A stretch of 64,000 nucleotides of DNA, taken from positions 462,344-526,343 of the forward strand of contig CAVSGZ010000007.1 of the NCBI GenBank assembly GCA_963727765.1, given 5' to 3'. The notes under the pieces are model-generated. The model saw nothing but the letters and a program-made list of their open reading frames with translations. It was not told the DNA's origin and searched no databases. The position numbers and the translations under genes were made by a program. This document shows, in pieces, positions 7,818-16,760 of the stretch; the stretch's first letter is position 1; each line of letters opens with the position of its first letter. This DNA comes from an uncultured Acidobacteriota bacterium. Its GTDB lineage: Bacteria; Acidobacteriota; Vicinamibacteria; Vicinamibacterales; Fen-181.

Positions 7818-10317
7818 ATGCACCGGCTCGTTTCGGTCGCCGTGCCGGTTCCCGCTCTCGATGCCCTGACCTATAGAGTCCCCGACGGCCTCTCCATGCC
7901 CGCCGTCGGCGCACGTGTTCTGGTGCCGGTCGGCGCGCGTCGGCTCACCGGGATCGTCACCCGGTCGGGCGAGGCGCGGGCGCAGGGTTCGCGCGAGGTC
8001 GCCCTCAAGGACCTCCTCGACGTCTTCGACGGCGACGCCTTCCTTCCGCCGCCGGTCGTGGCACTGACCGAGTGGGTGGCCGAGTACCTACATCTGCGGC
8101 GTGGGCGACGCCGTGGCCGCCGCGATGCCGCCGTTTGCGTGGGTCGAGAGCGAGTGGCGCGTCCGGGCGACGCCCGAGGGCCGGCAGCGACTGGAGCGCC
8201 AGCATCCGTCGGGGCGATCGACCCTGCGTGAGCGCGTGTTGGCGCTTCTGGCGGACGGCGCGTGGATGACTTTGCGCGGCGTGGCATTCCGGCTCGACCG
8301 CGAGGACTCAAGCCGCAAGGGCCGCGGCCTGCCCGTCAGGGCGGCCATCAGGGCGCTCCAGGCCGACGGGTTGGTGGAGGTCGAGGACGTCCTCGGCGGA
8401 CAGGCCGACGCATCGAAGACCGTCCGTGTGGCTGCCATCACGGACGACGGCGCACAGGCGCTCGCGAGCGGCGAGACGCTCCGTCCGAAGCAGCGGGCCG
8501 CGCTGACCCTGCTCGCCGAGGCGCCTGCGGGCCTGCCCCTGGACCGGCTGCGGGAGTCTGACGTCTCGACCGACGTCGTGCAGCGGCTGGCCGACCGCGC
8601 CTGGGTGTCCATCCGCCGCGAACGATCCGAGCGGGACCCGTTCGAGTCGTCGGCACTGCCGGCCGGGGAGGATGCCGACCCGAACGGCGAGCGCGTGCTC
8701 ACGACGGAGCAGGCAACGGCGTGGGAACGCCTGCGAACGCGCGCATCCGAGCGTCGCTTTGCGCCGGTGCTGCTGCACGGCGTGACCGGAAGCGGAAAGA
8801 CGGAGCTCTATCTCCGGCTGGCCTCGGAAGTGTGCGCGTCGGGCCGCTCGTCCCTGGTGCTCGTTCCCGAGATCGGCTTGACCCCGGCGCTGGCCGGCGC
8901 GTTCCGGGCGCGTTTCGGAGACCGCGTCGCCATCCAGCACAGCGGCCTCTCGGACGGCGAGCGTTACGACCAGTGGCAGCGCATCCGCCGCGGCGCCGTG
9001 GACGTCGTCGTCGGCACGCGGTCCGCCGTGTTCGCCCCGCTCGCCGCGCTGGGCTTGATCGTGGTGGACGAGGAGCACGACGGCTCGTACAAGCAGGAAG
9101 ACGCGCCGCGCTACCACGGACGCGACGTGGCCGTGATGCGCGGCAAGCGCGAGGGAGCGCTCGTGGTGCTCGGGTCGGCCACGCCGTCGCTCGAGAGCTA
9201 CCAGAACGCCGTGGCTGGACGATACGAACTCGTCACGCTGGACCGCCGCGTGCTCGATCGCCCGCTCGCCAGGGTCGAGATCGTCAACATGCGGGACGAG
9301 TTCGCCGAGCGCGGCCCGGAGGTCGTGCTCAGCCGCGCGTTGACCGACGCGATGGCCGCGCGGCTCGAGCGCGGCGAGCAGGCGCTCGTGCTCCTCAACC
9401 GCCGCGGTCTCGCGACCGCCGTCGTCTGCCGGCAGTGCGGCGGCACGGTGACCTGCCCAAACTGCAGCGTGTCGCTGACCGTGCACCAGGGCACGCGGGG
9501 GGTGCTGCACGCCCGGTGCCACTACTGCGACCATTCCGTCGTCGTTCCGCGTGCGTGCCCGACGTGCGCGGCGCCGTACCTGGTGCAGACCGGCTTCGGC
9601 ACCGAGCGCGTGGAGCGCGAAGTCCTGGCCGCTTTTCCCCACGCCCGCGTGGCGCGGATCGACCGCGACACCATTCGTCGCCGCGGCGCGATGGTCGCGC
9701 TGCTCGACCGGTTCGCGCGCCGGGAGATCGACATCCTGATCGGCACGCAGATGATCGCCAAGGGGCACGACTTTCCGTGCGTGACGCTGGTGGGCGTCGT
9801 GTCGGCCGACGTCGGGCTGGGGCTGGCCGACTTCCGCGCATCGGAGCGGACGTTCCAGCTGCTCACGCAGGTCGTCGGGCGGGCGGGCCGTGGAGAGCAG
9901 CCGGGCGAGGCGGTCGTGCAGACGCTGTTCCCCGAGCACTACAGCATCCGGCACGCGCGACGGCAGGACTACCGCGCATTCTTTGAAGAGGAACTGGCGT
10001 TTCGGCGCGCGATGCAGTACCCGCCGCGCCTGGCGCTCACCTGCGGCATCGTGCGGGCCGGCAGCCTCGACGAGGCCATGGCCGACGCGCACGCGGTCGT
10101 GCGCACGCTGCGCGAGGCGGCCAGGGCGGGGCACTTCTGTGTCCTCGGTCCCGCTCCGGCCCCGTTCGTCAAGCTGCGGGGCGAGCATCGCGCCCAGTTC
10201 TTCGTGAAGGGCGTGCAGCGCGCCGCCATGCGTGCGGCGATCCGCCGCGCCCTCGACGCGCGCCCCGAGCTGCGCCGACGCGTCGCCATCGACGTGGACC
10301 CGATGACGGTTCTCTGA
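7818..10317 (+). pseudogene. priA: Primosomal protein N' (PriA helicase) with one apparent +1 frameshift at about 8088 (true pseudogene or assembly indel)
   Basis: The first ~90 codons read in frame 3 from ATG 7818 (MHRLVSVAVPVP..LTEWVAEY). The protein continues in frame 1 from 8089 (YICGVGDAVAAAMPP..). Walker A GVTGSGKT, DEEH box, Zn-binding CRQCGG..CPNC and CHYC..CPTC. The ORF track shows 7662..8231 and 8101..10317 as separate pieces. Confidence 0.85.
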
Positions 10318-10350
10318 GGCCGGCGCTCACAGCCAGGTGGCCACCAGGTT

Positions 10351-11427
10351 CTACCGGCCGAGGATGACCTCGTTGATCGGGCTGGGCATGAAACAGAGCG
10401 CGAGGATGACGACCGCCACCACGGCCAGCGCGAGGCGGCCGCGGTCGAGCGGCACGTCTTCGTCCACTGTCCTCGGGTGGCGCGGCCCGAAGGCGTACAG
10501 CATCACGACGATCAGGACCGTCCACGCCAGCCAGGACAGCGAGACGAAGGTCAGTCCCATCGCCACGGCCAGCGCGGCGAAGGTCACCCTGGTCGAATGC
10601 CGGCCCAGGACGGCGTACGAAATATGTCCACCGTCGAGCTGCCCGATGGGGAAGAGGTTGAGCGCGGTGGCGAGGCACCCGAACCAGGCCGCGAAGACCA
10701 TCGGGTGCGCGTTCAGCATCGAGCCGTCGCGGATCGGACCGACGACCAGCCAGTTCGCCAGTTTGAAGAGCAATGGATCGGCGAACTCCTGCGCCGAGAT
10801 GCCCTTGGGGATCGGCACGGTCGTCGAGAGCGCCAGGCCGGCGAAGAGCACCGGCACGGCCACGACGAAGCCGGCAATCGGGCCGGCAATCCCGATATCG
10901 AAGAGCTGGCGCTTGGTCCTGATCGGCGCCCGGATCTTGATGAACGCACCCATCGTCCCCGCGATGAACGGGGGCGGGACCGGCAGGAAGAAGGGCAGCG
11001 AGGCGTTGACCTTGTAGCGGACGCACGCGAGGTAGTGCCCCATCTCGTGCGCGCCGAGGATCGCCAGCAGCGGCAGGCTGTACCACAGTCCGCCAGAGAA
11101 CAAACTCCAGGTCGGCATGCCCTGGCGTACGCGGCCCATCATGAACTGGTAGCCGTACCAGTGCTCCATCCCGACCAGCGTCGTCGTCAGCAGTGTCGCC
11201 AGCAGCAGCGCGACGTGCACCCATACGCGGTCCTTCGGGTAGACGGCGCGAAGGAATTGACCCGGCAGCACTTGCCGGGATTCCGCGTCGAGGGGGATCC
11301 GCGGTACACTGACGGCGTCGAGCCTGAAGGGGGGCGGGGACAGTGGAAGCCCGGCCTCGGCGCCGGGCGCATGCGGGCCGGTGCCTTCAACGGGCGGAAC
11401 TGCGGGGATGTCAGGAATCTGGGCCAA
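10351..11427 (-). CDS. M50 family (site-2 protease-like) membrane metalloprotease
   Basis: HEMGHY zinc motif, NLFPIGQLDGGH motif, multiple TM helices. The track ORF (to 11739) overlaps the HU gene, so the start must lie below 11436. TTG 11427 is only a guess. Confidence 0.75.
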   Translation of the reverse strand: MAQIPDIPAVPPVEGTGPHAPGAEAGLPLSPPPFRLDAVSVPRIPLDAESRQVLPGQFLRAVYPKDRVWVHVALLLATLLTTTLVGMEHWYGYQFMMGRVRQGMPTWSLFSGGLWYSLPLLAILGAHEMGHYLACVRYKVNASLPFFLPVPPPFIAGTMGAFIKIRAPIRTKRQLFDIGIAGPIAGFVVAVPVLFAGLALSTTVPIPKGISAQEFADPLLFKLANWLVVGPIRDGSMLNAHPMVFAAWFGCLATALNLFPIGQLDGGHISYAVLGRHSTRVTFAALAVAMGLTFVSLSWLAWTVLIVVMLYAFGPRHPRTVDEDVPLDRGRLALAVVAVVILALCFMPSPINEVILGR

Positions 11428-11435
11428 GGGACGGT

Positions 11436-11705
11436 TCAGCTGATATTCTGCAGGTCTTTGCCAGGTTTGAAACGAATCGTGCGACCGGGCGGAATGCGCA
11501 CTTCCTTGCCGGTGCGAGGGTTGCGGCCGATGCCTCGCTTGCGGGGCTTGACCTGGAAGACGCCGAACCCGCGGAGCTCGATCCGGTCGCCGCGCTGCAT
11601 CGAGACACGCATCGCGTCGAAGACGGCATCCACCGCCAACTCGGCCTTGACCTTCGTGATGTCCGCGGCTTTCGAGACCTCGTTGACGATGTCCACCTTG
11701 ATCAT
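11436..11705 (-). CDS. HU/IHF family DNA-binding protein
   Basis: MIKVDIVNEV..RGFGVFQVKPRKRGIGRNPRTGKEVRIPPGRTIRFKPGK arm motif. ATG 11705 has GGAG upstream. Confidence 0.9.
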   Translation of the reverse strand: MIKVDIVNEVSKAADITKVKAELAVDAVFDAMRVSMQRGDRIELRGFGVFQVKPRKRGIGRNPRTGKEVRIPPGRTIRFKPGKDLQNIS

Positions 11706-11831
11706 GCTGTGGCGCTCCATGGACGCTGCTAACTATCATAGGGAGAGAGACTTACGCTGTCAAGGCAGGAACAGCCGGCCCGGGAGGGCCGCGGCGCCCC
11801 TCGGGCGGGTGCTGTAACGCAAAGGGAGATT

Positions 11832-13268
11832 GTGGCTAGACGAGCTTTGCCGGTCGTGGGCCTGGTCGGTCGGCCGAACGTCGGGAAATCGACGCTCTTC
11901 AACCGGATTACCCGGTCGAGGCGCGCGATCGTGACGGCGATTGCGGGCACGACCCGGGACGTGATCGCGCAGCCCGTCGCGTGGGATGGCGTGGAGTTCT
12001 CGCTCGCCGACACCGGCGGCGTCTACGGCGCGAGCGAGGATCCGCTTCACGACATGGTCCACGAGCAGGGGCGGCGCGTCATCGACTCTGCCGACCTGCT
12101 CGTTCTCGTCGTGGACGGGAGACAGGGCCTCATGTCCGGCGACGAGGAGATCGTCCAGGCGCTTCGCGCGACGGGCACGCCGATGATTCTCGCCGTGAAC
12201 AAGATGGACGACAAGCGGGCGCGCGAAGGGGCGATGGAGCTGTTTCAGCTGGGCATCGAACCGGTGATCGAGATTTCGGCCGAGCACGGCCATGGCATCT
12301 CCGACTTGCTCGACGAAGTCGTGCGGCGACTGCCCGGCGCCCATCAGGCCGGCAGCAAGGCCGACGCGCAGGCGGCGGGTGAGGTGGACGGCGAAGCCGA
12401 GCACGAGCCGCTGCATGAGGCAGACCAGGCGCCGCCGGAGATTGGCGTGGCGATTATCGGGCGGCCCAACGTCGGCAAGTCGTCGCTCGTCAACCGGCTG
12501 CTGCGCGAGGAGCGGATGCTGGTCAGCGAGCTGCCGGGGACGACGCGTGATGCCGTGGACACGCTGCTCAGGTGGCATCGCCGCGACTTTCGGATCGTCG
12601 ACACGGCGGGAATCAGGCGACCGGGGCGAGTCGCCAGATCCGGGCAAGTCGAGTCGCTGAGCGTCATCATCGCCAGGCGGGCAGTCGAGGCGGCCGACGT
12701 CGCCGTCGTCCTGATCGACGCGACCGAGGGCGCGACCGAGCAGGATGGTGCCATTGCCGGTGAGGCCGAGAAGGCCGGGTGCGGGGTCATCGTCGCGGTC
12801 AACAAGTGGGACCTGATGAAGTCGCAGGGACCCGATTACGCCAAGGTGTTCGACGATCAGATGCAGCGGCGGCTGAAGTTCCTCGACTTCGCCCCGGTGC
12901 TGCACATTTCCGCCGCGACAGGGGAGCGGACAGCGAAACTCCTGGAGACGATCGACCGCGTGGCCGAAGCGCGCCAGCGGCGCATTGGTACGGGAGAGCT
13001 GAACCGGTTCGTCGAGACGGTGACGGCGGCGCATCCGCCGGCGAGCCCGGGACGCAAGGCCGTGCGCATTCTCTACGCGGCGCAGATCGGCGTGGCGCCG
13101 CCGTCGTTCGTGTTCTTCACCAACGTGGCGACGACCTTCCACTTCTCTTACGCGCGGTTCCTCGTCAACCAGCTCCGCGAGTCGTTCGGGTTCCACGGCG
13201 TGCCCATCCGGATCCAGGTGCGCGCCCGGCGCGACCACAGGGGCGCGGGCTCCAAGGACCGTATGTAG
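11832..13268 (+). CDS. der: Ribosome-biogenesis GTPase Der (EngA)
   Basis: Two tandem G domains (GRPNVGKSTLFN and GRPNVGKSSLVN) plus a KH-like C-terminus. Confidence 0.93.
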   Translation: MARRALPVVGLVGRPNVGKSTLFNRITRSRRAIVTAIAGTTRDVIAQPVAWDGVEFSLADTGGVYGASEDPLHDMVHEQGRRVIDSADLLVLVVDGRQGLMSGDEEIVQALRATGTPMILAVNKMDDKRAREGAMELFQLGIEPVIEISAEHGHGISDLLDEVVRRLPGAHQAGSKADAQAAGEVDGEAEHEPLHEADQAPPEIGVAIIGRPNVGKSSLVNRLLREERMLVSELPGTTRDAVDTLLRWHRRDFRIVDTAGIRRPGRVARSGQVESLSVIIARRAVEAADVAVVLIDATEGATEQDGAIAGEAEKAGCGVIVAVNKWDLMKSQGPDYAKVFDDQMQRRLKFLDFAPVLHISAATGERTAKLLETIDRVAEARQRRIGTGELNRFVETVTAAHPPASPGRKAVRILYAAQIGVAPPSFVFFTNVATTFHFSYARFLVNQLRESFGFHGVPIRIQVRARRDHRGAGSKDRM

Positions 13269-13325
13269 GCCGGGGCTTCCTTGGCCTGAGCGAAGTCGAA
13301 GGCAGCCCCGGCGATCGTTGGCTGC

Positions 13326-13955
13326 GTGATATACTTCGCCGTCAGAGCCGTGGCAGACACTTCCATCGACATCCCGAACCGGGCCGCGTTCAAGGCGTCA
13401 GAGGTGTGCGAGATCGCGCAGATCCCGCCCTACGTCCTGAGGTCGTGGGAGAAGGAGTTCCCCGGCCTCGGCGCGGCGGCGCGCCCTGGAGGTCCCCGGA
13501 TCTACCGGCGCGAGGACGTCGAGCAGATCCTGCGGATCAAGCAGATGGTGTTCGCCGAGGGACTGACGCTGGCCGGGGCCCGGCGGAAGATCGAGGGCGA
13601 CGCGCCGATCGAGGAACTCGTGGTGGTCCCACCGTCGGGAGTGCCCGAAGCGGTGAGGGCCAGAGTCCTGGAAGTGCGCCAGGGGCTGCGCGACCTGCTG
13701 GGCCTGCTGTCGGCGCCAGTGGAGAAGGCCCCGGGCCGCGCCGTGCCAGCTGACGCGTCGCCGAGGCGGGCGGACAATGTCGGGACGGCTGAAGACGTGC
13801 CGACGTGGCCGCCGCAGAAGGCCAAGGGGCGGCCTCTCGCCGCGCGCGACGAGGCCGCCATCCGCCAAAGGGATCTGCCGCTGCTCGAGACTCCCGAGGA
13901 ACCTGTACCCAAGCCGCGCCAGACGCGGCGGGTCGCTGCCCAGCCGCCCAAGTAG
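13326..13955 (+). CDS. MerR family transcriptional regulator
   Basis: HTH FKASEVCEIAQIPPYVLRSWEKEF..IYRREDVEQILRIKQMVFAEGLTLAGARRKI. Low-complexity C-terminus. Start uncertain. Confidence 0.7.
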   Translation: MIYFAVRAVADTSIDIPNRAAFKASEVCEIAQIPPYVLRSWEKEFPGLGAAARPGGPRIYRREDVEQILRIKQMVFAEGLTLAGARRKIEGDAPIEELVVVPPSGVPEAVRARVLEVRQGLRDLLGLLSAPVEKAPGRAVPADASPRRADNVGTAEDVPTWPPQKAKGRPLAARDEAAIRQRDLPLLETPEEPVPKPRQTRRVAAQPPK

Positions 13956-13975
13956 GGTAGAATGGTCGGACGGGT

Positions 13976-14052
13976 CGGGGCGTAGCGCAGCTTGGTAGCG
14001 CACCTGAATGGGGTTCAGGGGGTCGCTGGTTCGAATCCAGTCGCCCCGACCA
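13976..14052 (+). tRNA. tRNA-Pro (anticodon GGG)
   Basis: Manual cloverleaf: acceptor CGGGGCG/CGCCCCG, D stem GCGC/GCGC, anticodon stem CCTGA/TCAGG with loop ATGGGGT, T arm GCTGG-TTCGAAT-CCAGT, encoded CCA. Confidence 0.9.
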
Positions 14053-14062
14053 CTCTCCTCCT

Positions 14063-14911
14063 TCATACGGCGGCCCCGCCGCTCAACGAGTCCCTGCTTC
14101 TTTCCTCGCTCCTGCCGCCCTCGAGCCTCGGCGCCAGGATCTCGCCGTTCAGTAGCGCCGCCGGCCCCTCGATTTGCGGCACCTGCTCATATCCGTTCTC
14201 CTTGAGCAGCCTGCGCGTTCGGGTGACGACCGCACGGTAGGTCCCGCAGTATCCCAGATCCTCTATCGCGCGGCACAGATAGAACGTGAGCGCGCCGTGA
14301 TACACGCCCGCGATGTCGGCGTCGGCAGAGGACTGATCCGAGCGGCATCCCGCGATGAGGATCGCACCAGATTCGGCCGCCTTCGCGCCGAATCGGCGCA
14401 TGGCAAGGTCCGCGCGAATCAGGCGATGAAAGCGGGCTGGCGGATGCAGGCAGCGGCTGCGTGCGCCGGCCAGATCCCGCAACCCCGTGCCCGAGTGGCA
14501 GGAGTCGAGGATCACGGTCAGGTTCACGCCCGCCGACAGCCCGCCGACAATCGCGTGCAGGCCGTCGTCGGTGAGCGGATGATCCCAATCGAGATCGTAG
14601 GGGCAGATGATCTCGTCGAGGCCGTCGACTTCGTCCCCGTCAAGGTCCGGCACCTGCGACCCGTGGCCCGAGTAGTGGAACACCAGCACGTCGCCGGGCC
14701 TCGAATCATCCACCAGCCACCGCAGACTCGAGACGATCGCCGCCGTCGTGGCTCGCGAGTCAGTGAGCAGCCTGACGGCGCCGTCGCCGGGAAACCCGAA
14801 ATGCCCGTGAAGCAGGTCGCCGACCTGGCGGACATCGTTCAGGCAGCCGTGAAGCGCGTTCTCGGGGTCCGGGTAGCTGTTGATGCCGACGAGCAGCGCC
14901 TTCTTCGCCAT
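14063..14911 (-). CDS. Caspase-family (peptidase C14, metacaspase-like) protein
   Basis: MAKKALLVGINSYP..FHYSGHGSQ (catalytic His) ..ILDSCHSGTG (catalytic Cys). ATG 14911 is preceded by GGAGG. The track ORF to 15100 is an over-extension. Confidence 0.85.
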   Translation of the reverse strand: MAKKALLVGINSYPDPENALHGCLNDVRQVGDLLHGHFGFPGDGAVRLLTDSRATTAAIVSSLRWLVDDSRPGDVLVFHYSGHGSQVPDLDGDEVDGLDEIICPYDLDWDHPLTDDGLHAIVGGLSAGVNLTVILDSCHSGTGLRDLAGARSRCLHPPARFHRLIRADLAMRRFGAKAAESGAILIAGCRSDQSSADADIAGVYHGALTFYLCRAIEDLGYCGTYRAVVTRTRRLLKENGYEQVPQIEGPAALLNGEILAPRLEGGRSEERSRDSLSGGAAV

Positions 14912-15062
14912 GGTGCCTCCTTGGGCTGATCCGAGGTCGACCGATGATCGGGCCGAACTCGGCCGTGGACAAGAGGGCGGCGAGGGGTTGCGTGCAAACG
15001 GCGCGAGAGGGAAGAGGCGTGCAATGTCAGGCCGGTCCTGGCACGCGAATCCGTCGCAAGGA

Positions 15063-15284
15063 TCACTCTTGCACCCTCGTCGGAGGCTGGACCGTTTCAA
15101 ACAGGGCTTCGTGCTCCGGGCAGGCCTTCAGGCGCTCGGACAGCTCCTTGAAGAGCGGACACTGCTCGAAATCGCCGCCGAGGCACGGGTTCGCCGAGGC
15201 CAGACGGTCCAGCGGGACCATCTTCTTGACCGGATAGGCCCGGCAGAACAACATCACGGCTTCTTTGAGGTGTGGACAGGACAT
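15063..15284 (-). CDS. Small Cys-rich hypothetical protein (73 aa)
   Basis: ORF between the response regulator and the metacaspase on the same strand. Five Cys (MSCPHLKE..FCRAY..NPCLGGDFEQCP..LKACPEH). No family recognised. Confidence 0.55.
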   Translation of the reverse strand: MSCPHLKEAVMLFCRAYPVKKMVPLDRLASANPCLGGDFEQCPLFKELSERLKACPEHEALFETVQPPTRVQE

Positions 15285-15356
15285 CGGTTGAGTTCTCAGG
15301 GATGGTGGACCAGCAATCGGCTTCTGATCTCCGGCCGCTTCCCGCCAGGCGGCAAT

Positions 15357-16760
15357 CTAGTTCTCAGGCTCAGGCTTCTCGTCGCCTCCAGGATCAGGCT
15401 CGCCGTCCTTCTGCAGATGGTACTTGCGCATCTTGTTGTAAAGCGTCGCCCTGTCGATATCCAGCGTGCGGGCTGCGAGACTGATGTTCCCCTCCGAGCC
15501 CTGCAGGACCCTGGCGATGTGATGGCGCTCCACGCCCTCGAGCGACGCCAGCGCACTGCCGTTCTGGGCGTCGGCGCAGGGCGGACGCCGCAGACCCAGA
15601 TCGGCGGTTTGAATCACGGGTCCCGTGGTGACCACCATCGCCCGCTCGAGGCTGTTGGCCAGTTCGCGGACATTGCCCGGCCAGGTCTGGCTCATGAGCA
15701 ACCGCATGGCGTCACCTGACACGCCGTCCACGCGGCGGTTCGTCTCGGCCCCGAGCCTCTCCAGCAGATGCTCGACCAGCAGCGGCAAATCCGAGACCCG
15801 GTCGCGCAGCGGCGGCACATTGATCTGAATGATGTTTAGCCGATAGAACAGATCCCGGCGGAAGTTCCCCGCATCGACGTCCTTCTGCAGGGCGCGGTTG
15901 GTCGCGGCGATGATGCGCACGTCGACGTGGACGGATTCCGATCCGCCGACCCTGAAGAACTGCCGGTCCTCGAGCACGCGCAGCAAGTCGAGCTGGACCT
16001 TCGCGCTGATGTCGCCAATTTCGTCGAGGAACAGCGTGCCGCCGTCGGCCATCTCGAACTTGCCCTTGTGCCGCGCGGCCGCGCCGGTGAAAGCCCCCTT
16101 CTCGTGCCCGAAGAGCTCCGACTCGAGCAGCGTCTCGGTGAGCCCCGCGCAGGCGACGGCGACAAACGGCCCCTCGTTCCTCGGGCTCTCCGCGTGGATG
16201 GCGCGCGCGAGCAGCTCCTTGCCGGTCCCGCTCTCGCCGAGGATGAGGATGGTCGAGTTGCTGCGCGCGGCCGTGCGCGCGAGGTCGAAGACCGCCTGCA
16301 TCTCCGCGCTCTTGCTGATCAGGTCGCGGAAGTGATACTCGCGCTTGAGCACCTTGCGCAGCAGCACGTTCTCCCGGACGAGCGCCTGCTGGGTGACGAT
16401 CTTCTGGATCATCAGGCTCAGCTCTTCGGGGTCGAAGGGCTTGGTCAGGTAGTCGTAGGCGCCGATCTTCATGGCCGCCACGGCGCTGTCCACGGTGGCG
16501 TAGGCGGTCATGATCACGGTAGCGGCCTCAGGCTGCGTCTTCTTCGCCTCCTCGAGCACCTGCAGCCCGTCGATGCCGGGCATCTTCAGGTCCACGAGCA
16601 GGATCGACCATCGCTCCTTGTGGATGCGGTCGATGCCGGTCTCCCCGTCGGGCGCCGATGCGAGCGTGTAGCCGTCTTTCTCGAGCCACGCCGACAGCGA
16701 CTCACGCACGATCTCCTCATCGTCCACGATGAGGATGCGGGCTCGTTCTCTACTCATCAT
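15357..16760 (-). CDS. Sigma-54-dependent response regulator (NtrC family)
   Basis: Receiver domain (ILIVDDE..LLVDLKMPG), AAA+ GESGTGKELLARAIH, GAFTGA loop, C-terminal Fis-type HTH. Confidence 0.92.
   Translation of the reverse strand: MMSRERARILIVDDEEIVRESLSAWLEKDGYTLASAPDGETGIDRIHKERWSILLVDLKMPGIDGLQVLEEAKKTQPEAATVIMTAYATVDSAVAAMKIGAYDYLTKPFDPEELSLMIQKIVTQQALVRENVLLRKVLKREYHFRDLISKSAEMQAVFDLARTAARSNSTILILGESGTGKELLARAIHAESPRNEGPFVAVACAGLTETLLESELFGHEKGAFTGAAARHKGKFEMADGGTLFLDEIGDISAKVQLDLLRVLEDRQFFRVGGSESVHVDVRIIAATNRALQKDVDAGNFRRDLFYRLNIIQINVPPLRDRVSDLPLLVEHLLERLGAETNRRVDGVSGDAMRLLMSQTWPGNVRELANSLERAMVVTTGPVIQTADLGLRRPPCADAQNGSALASLEGVERHHIARVLQGSEGNISLAARTLDIDRATLYNKMRKYHLQKDGEPDPGGDEKPEPEN

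Noticed and set aside
15020-15058. Sigma54-like -24/-12 elements upstream of the metacaspase (minus-strand cGGCctgacaTTGCa; plus-strand TGGCACGCGAATCCGTCGC)
   Set aside because: The minus-strand GG-to-GC spacing is one nt too short. The plus-strand site points the wrong way and lacks TTGC at -12. Similar searches upstream of 21074, 27432 and 32054 gave only GG/GC invariants.
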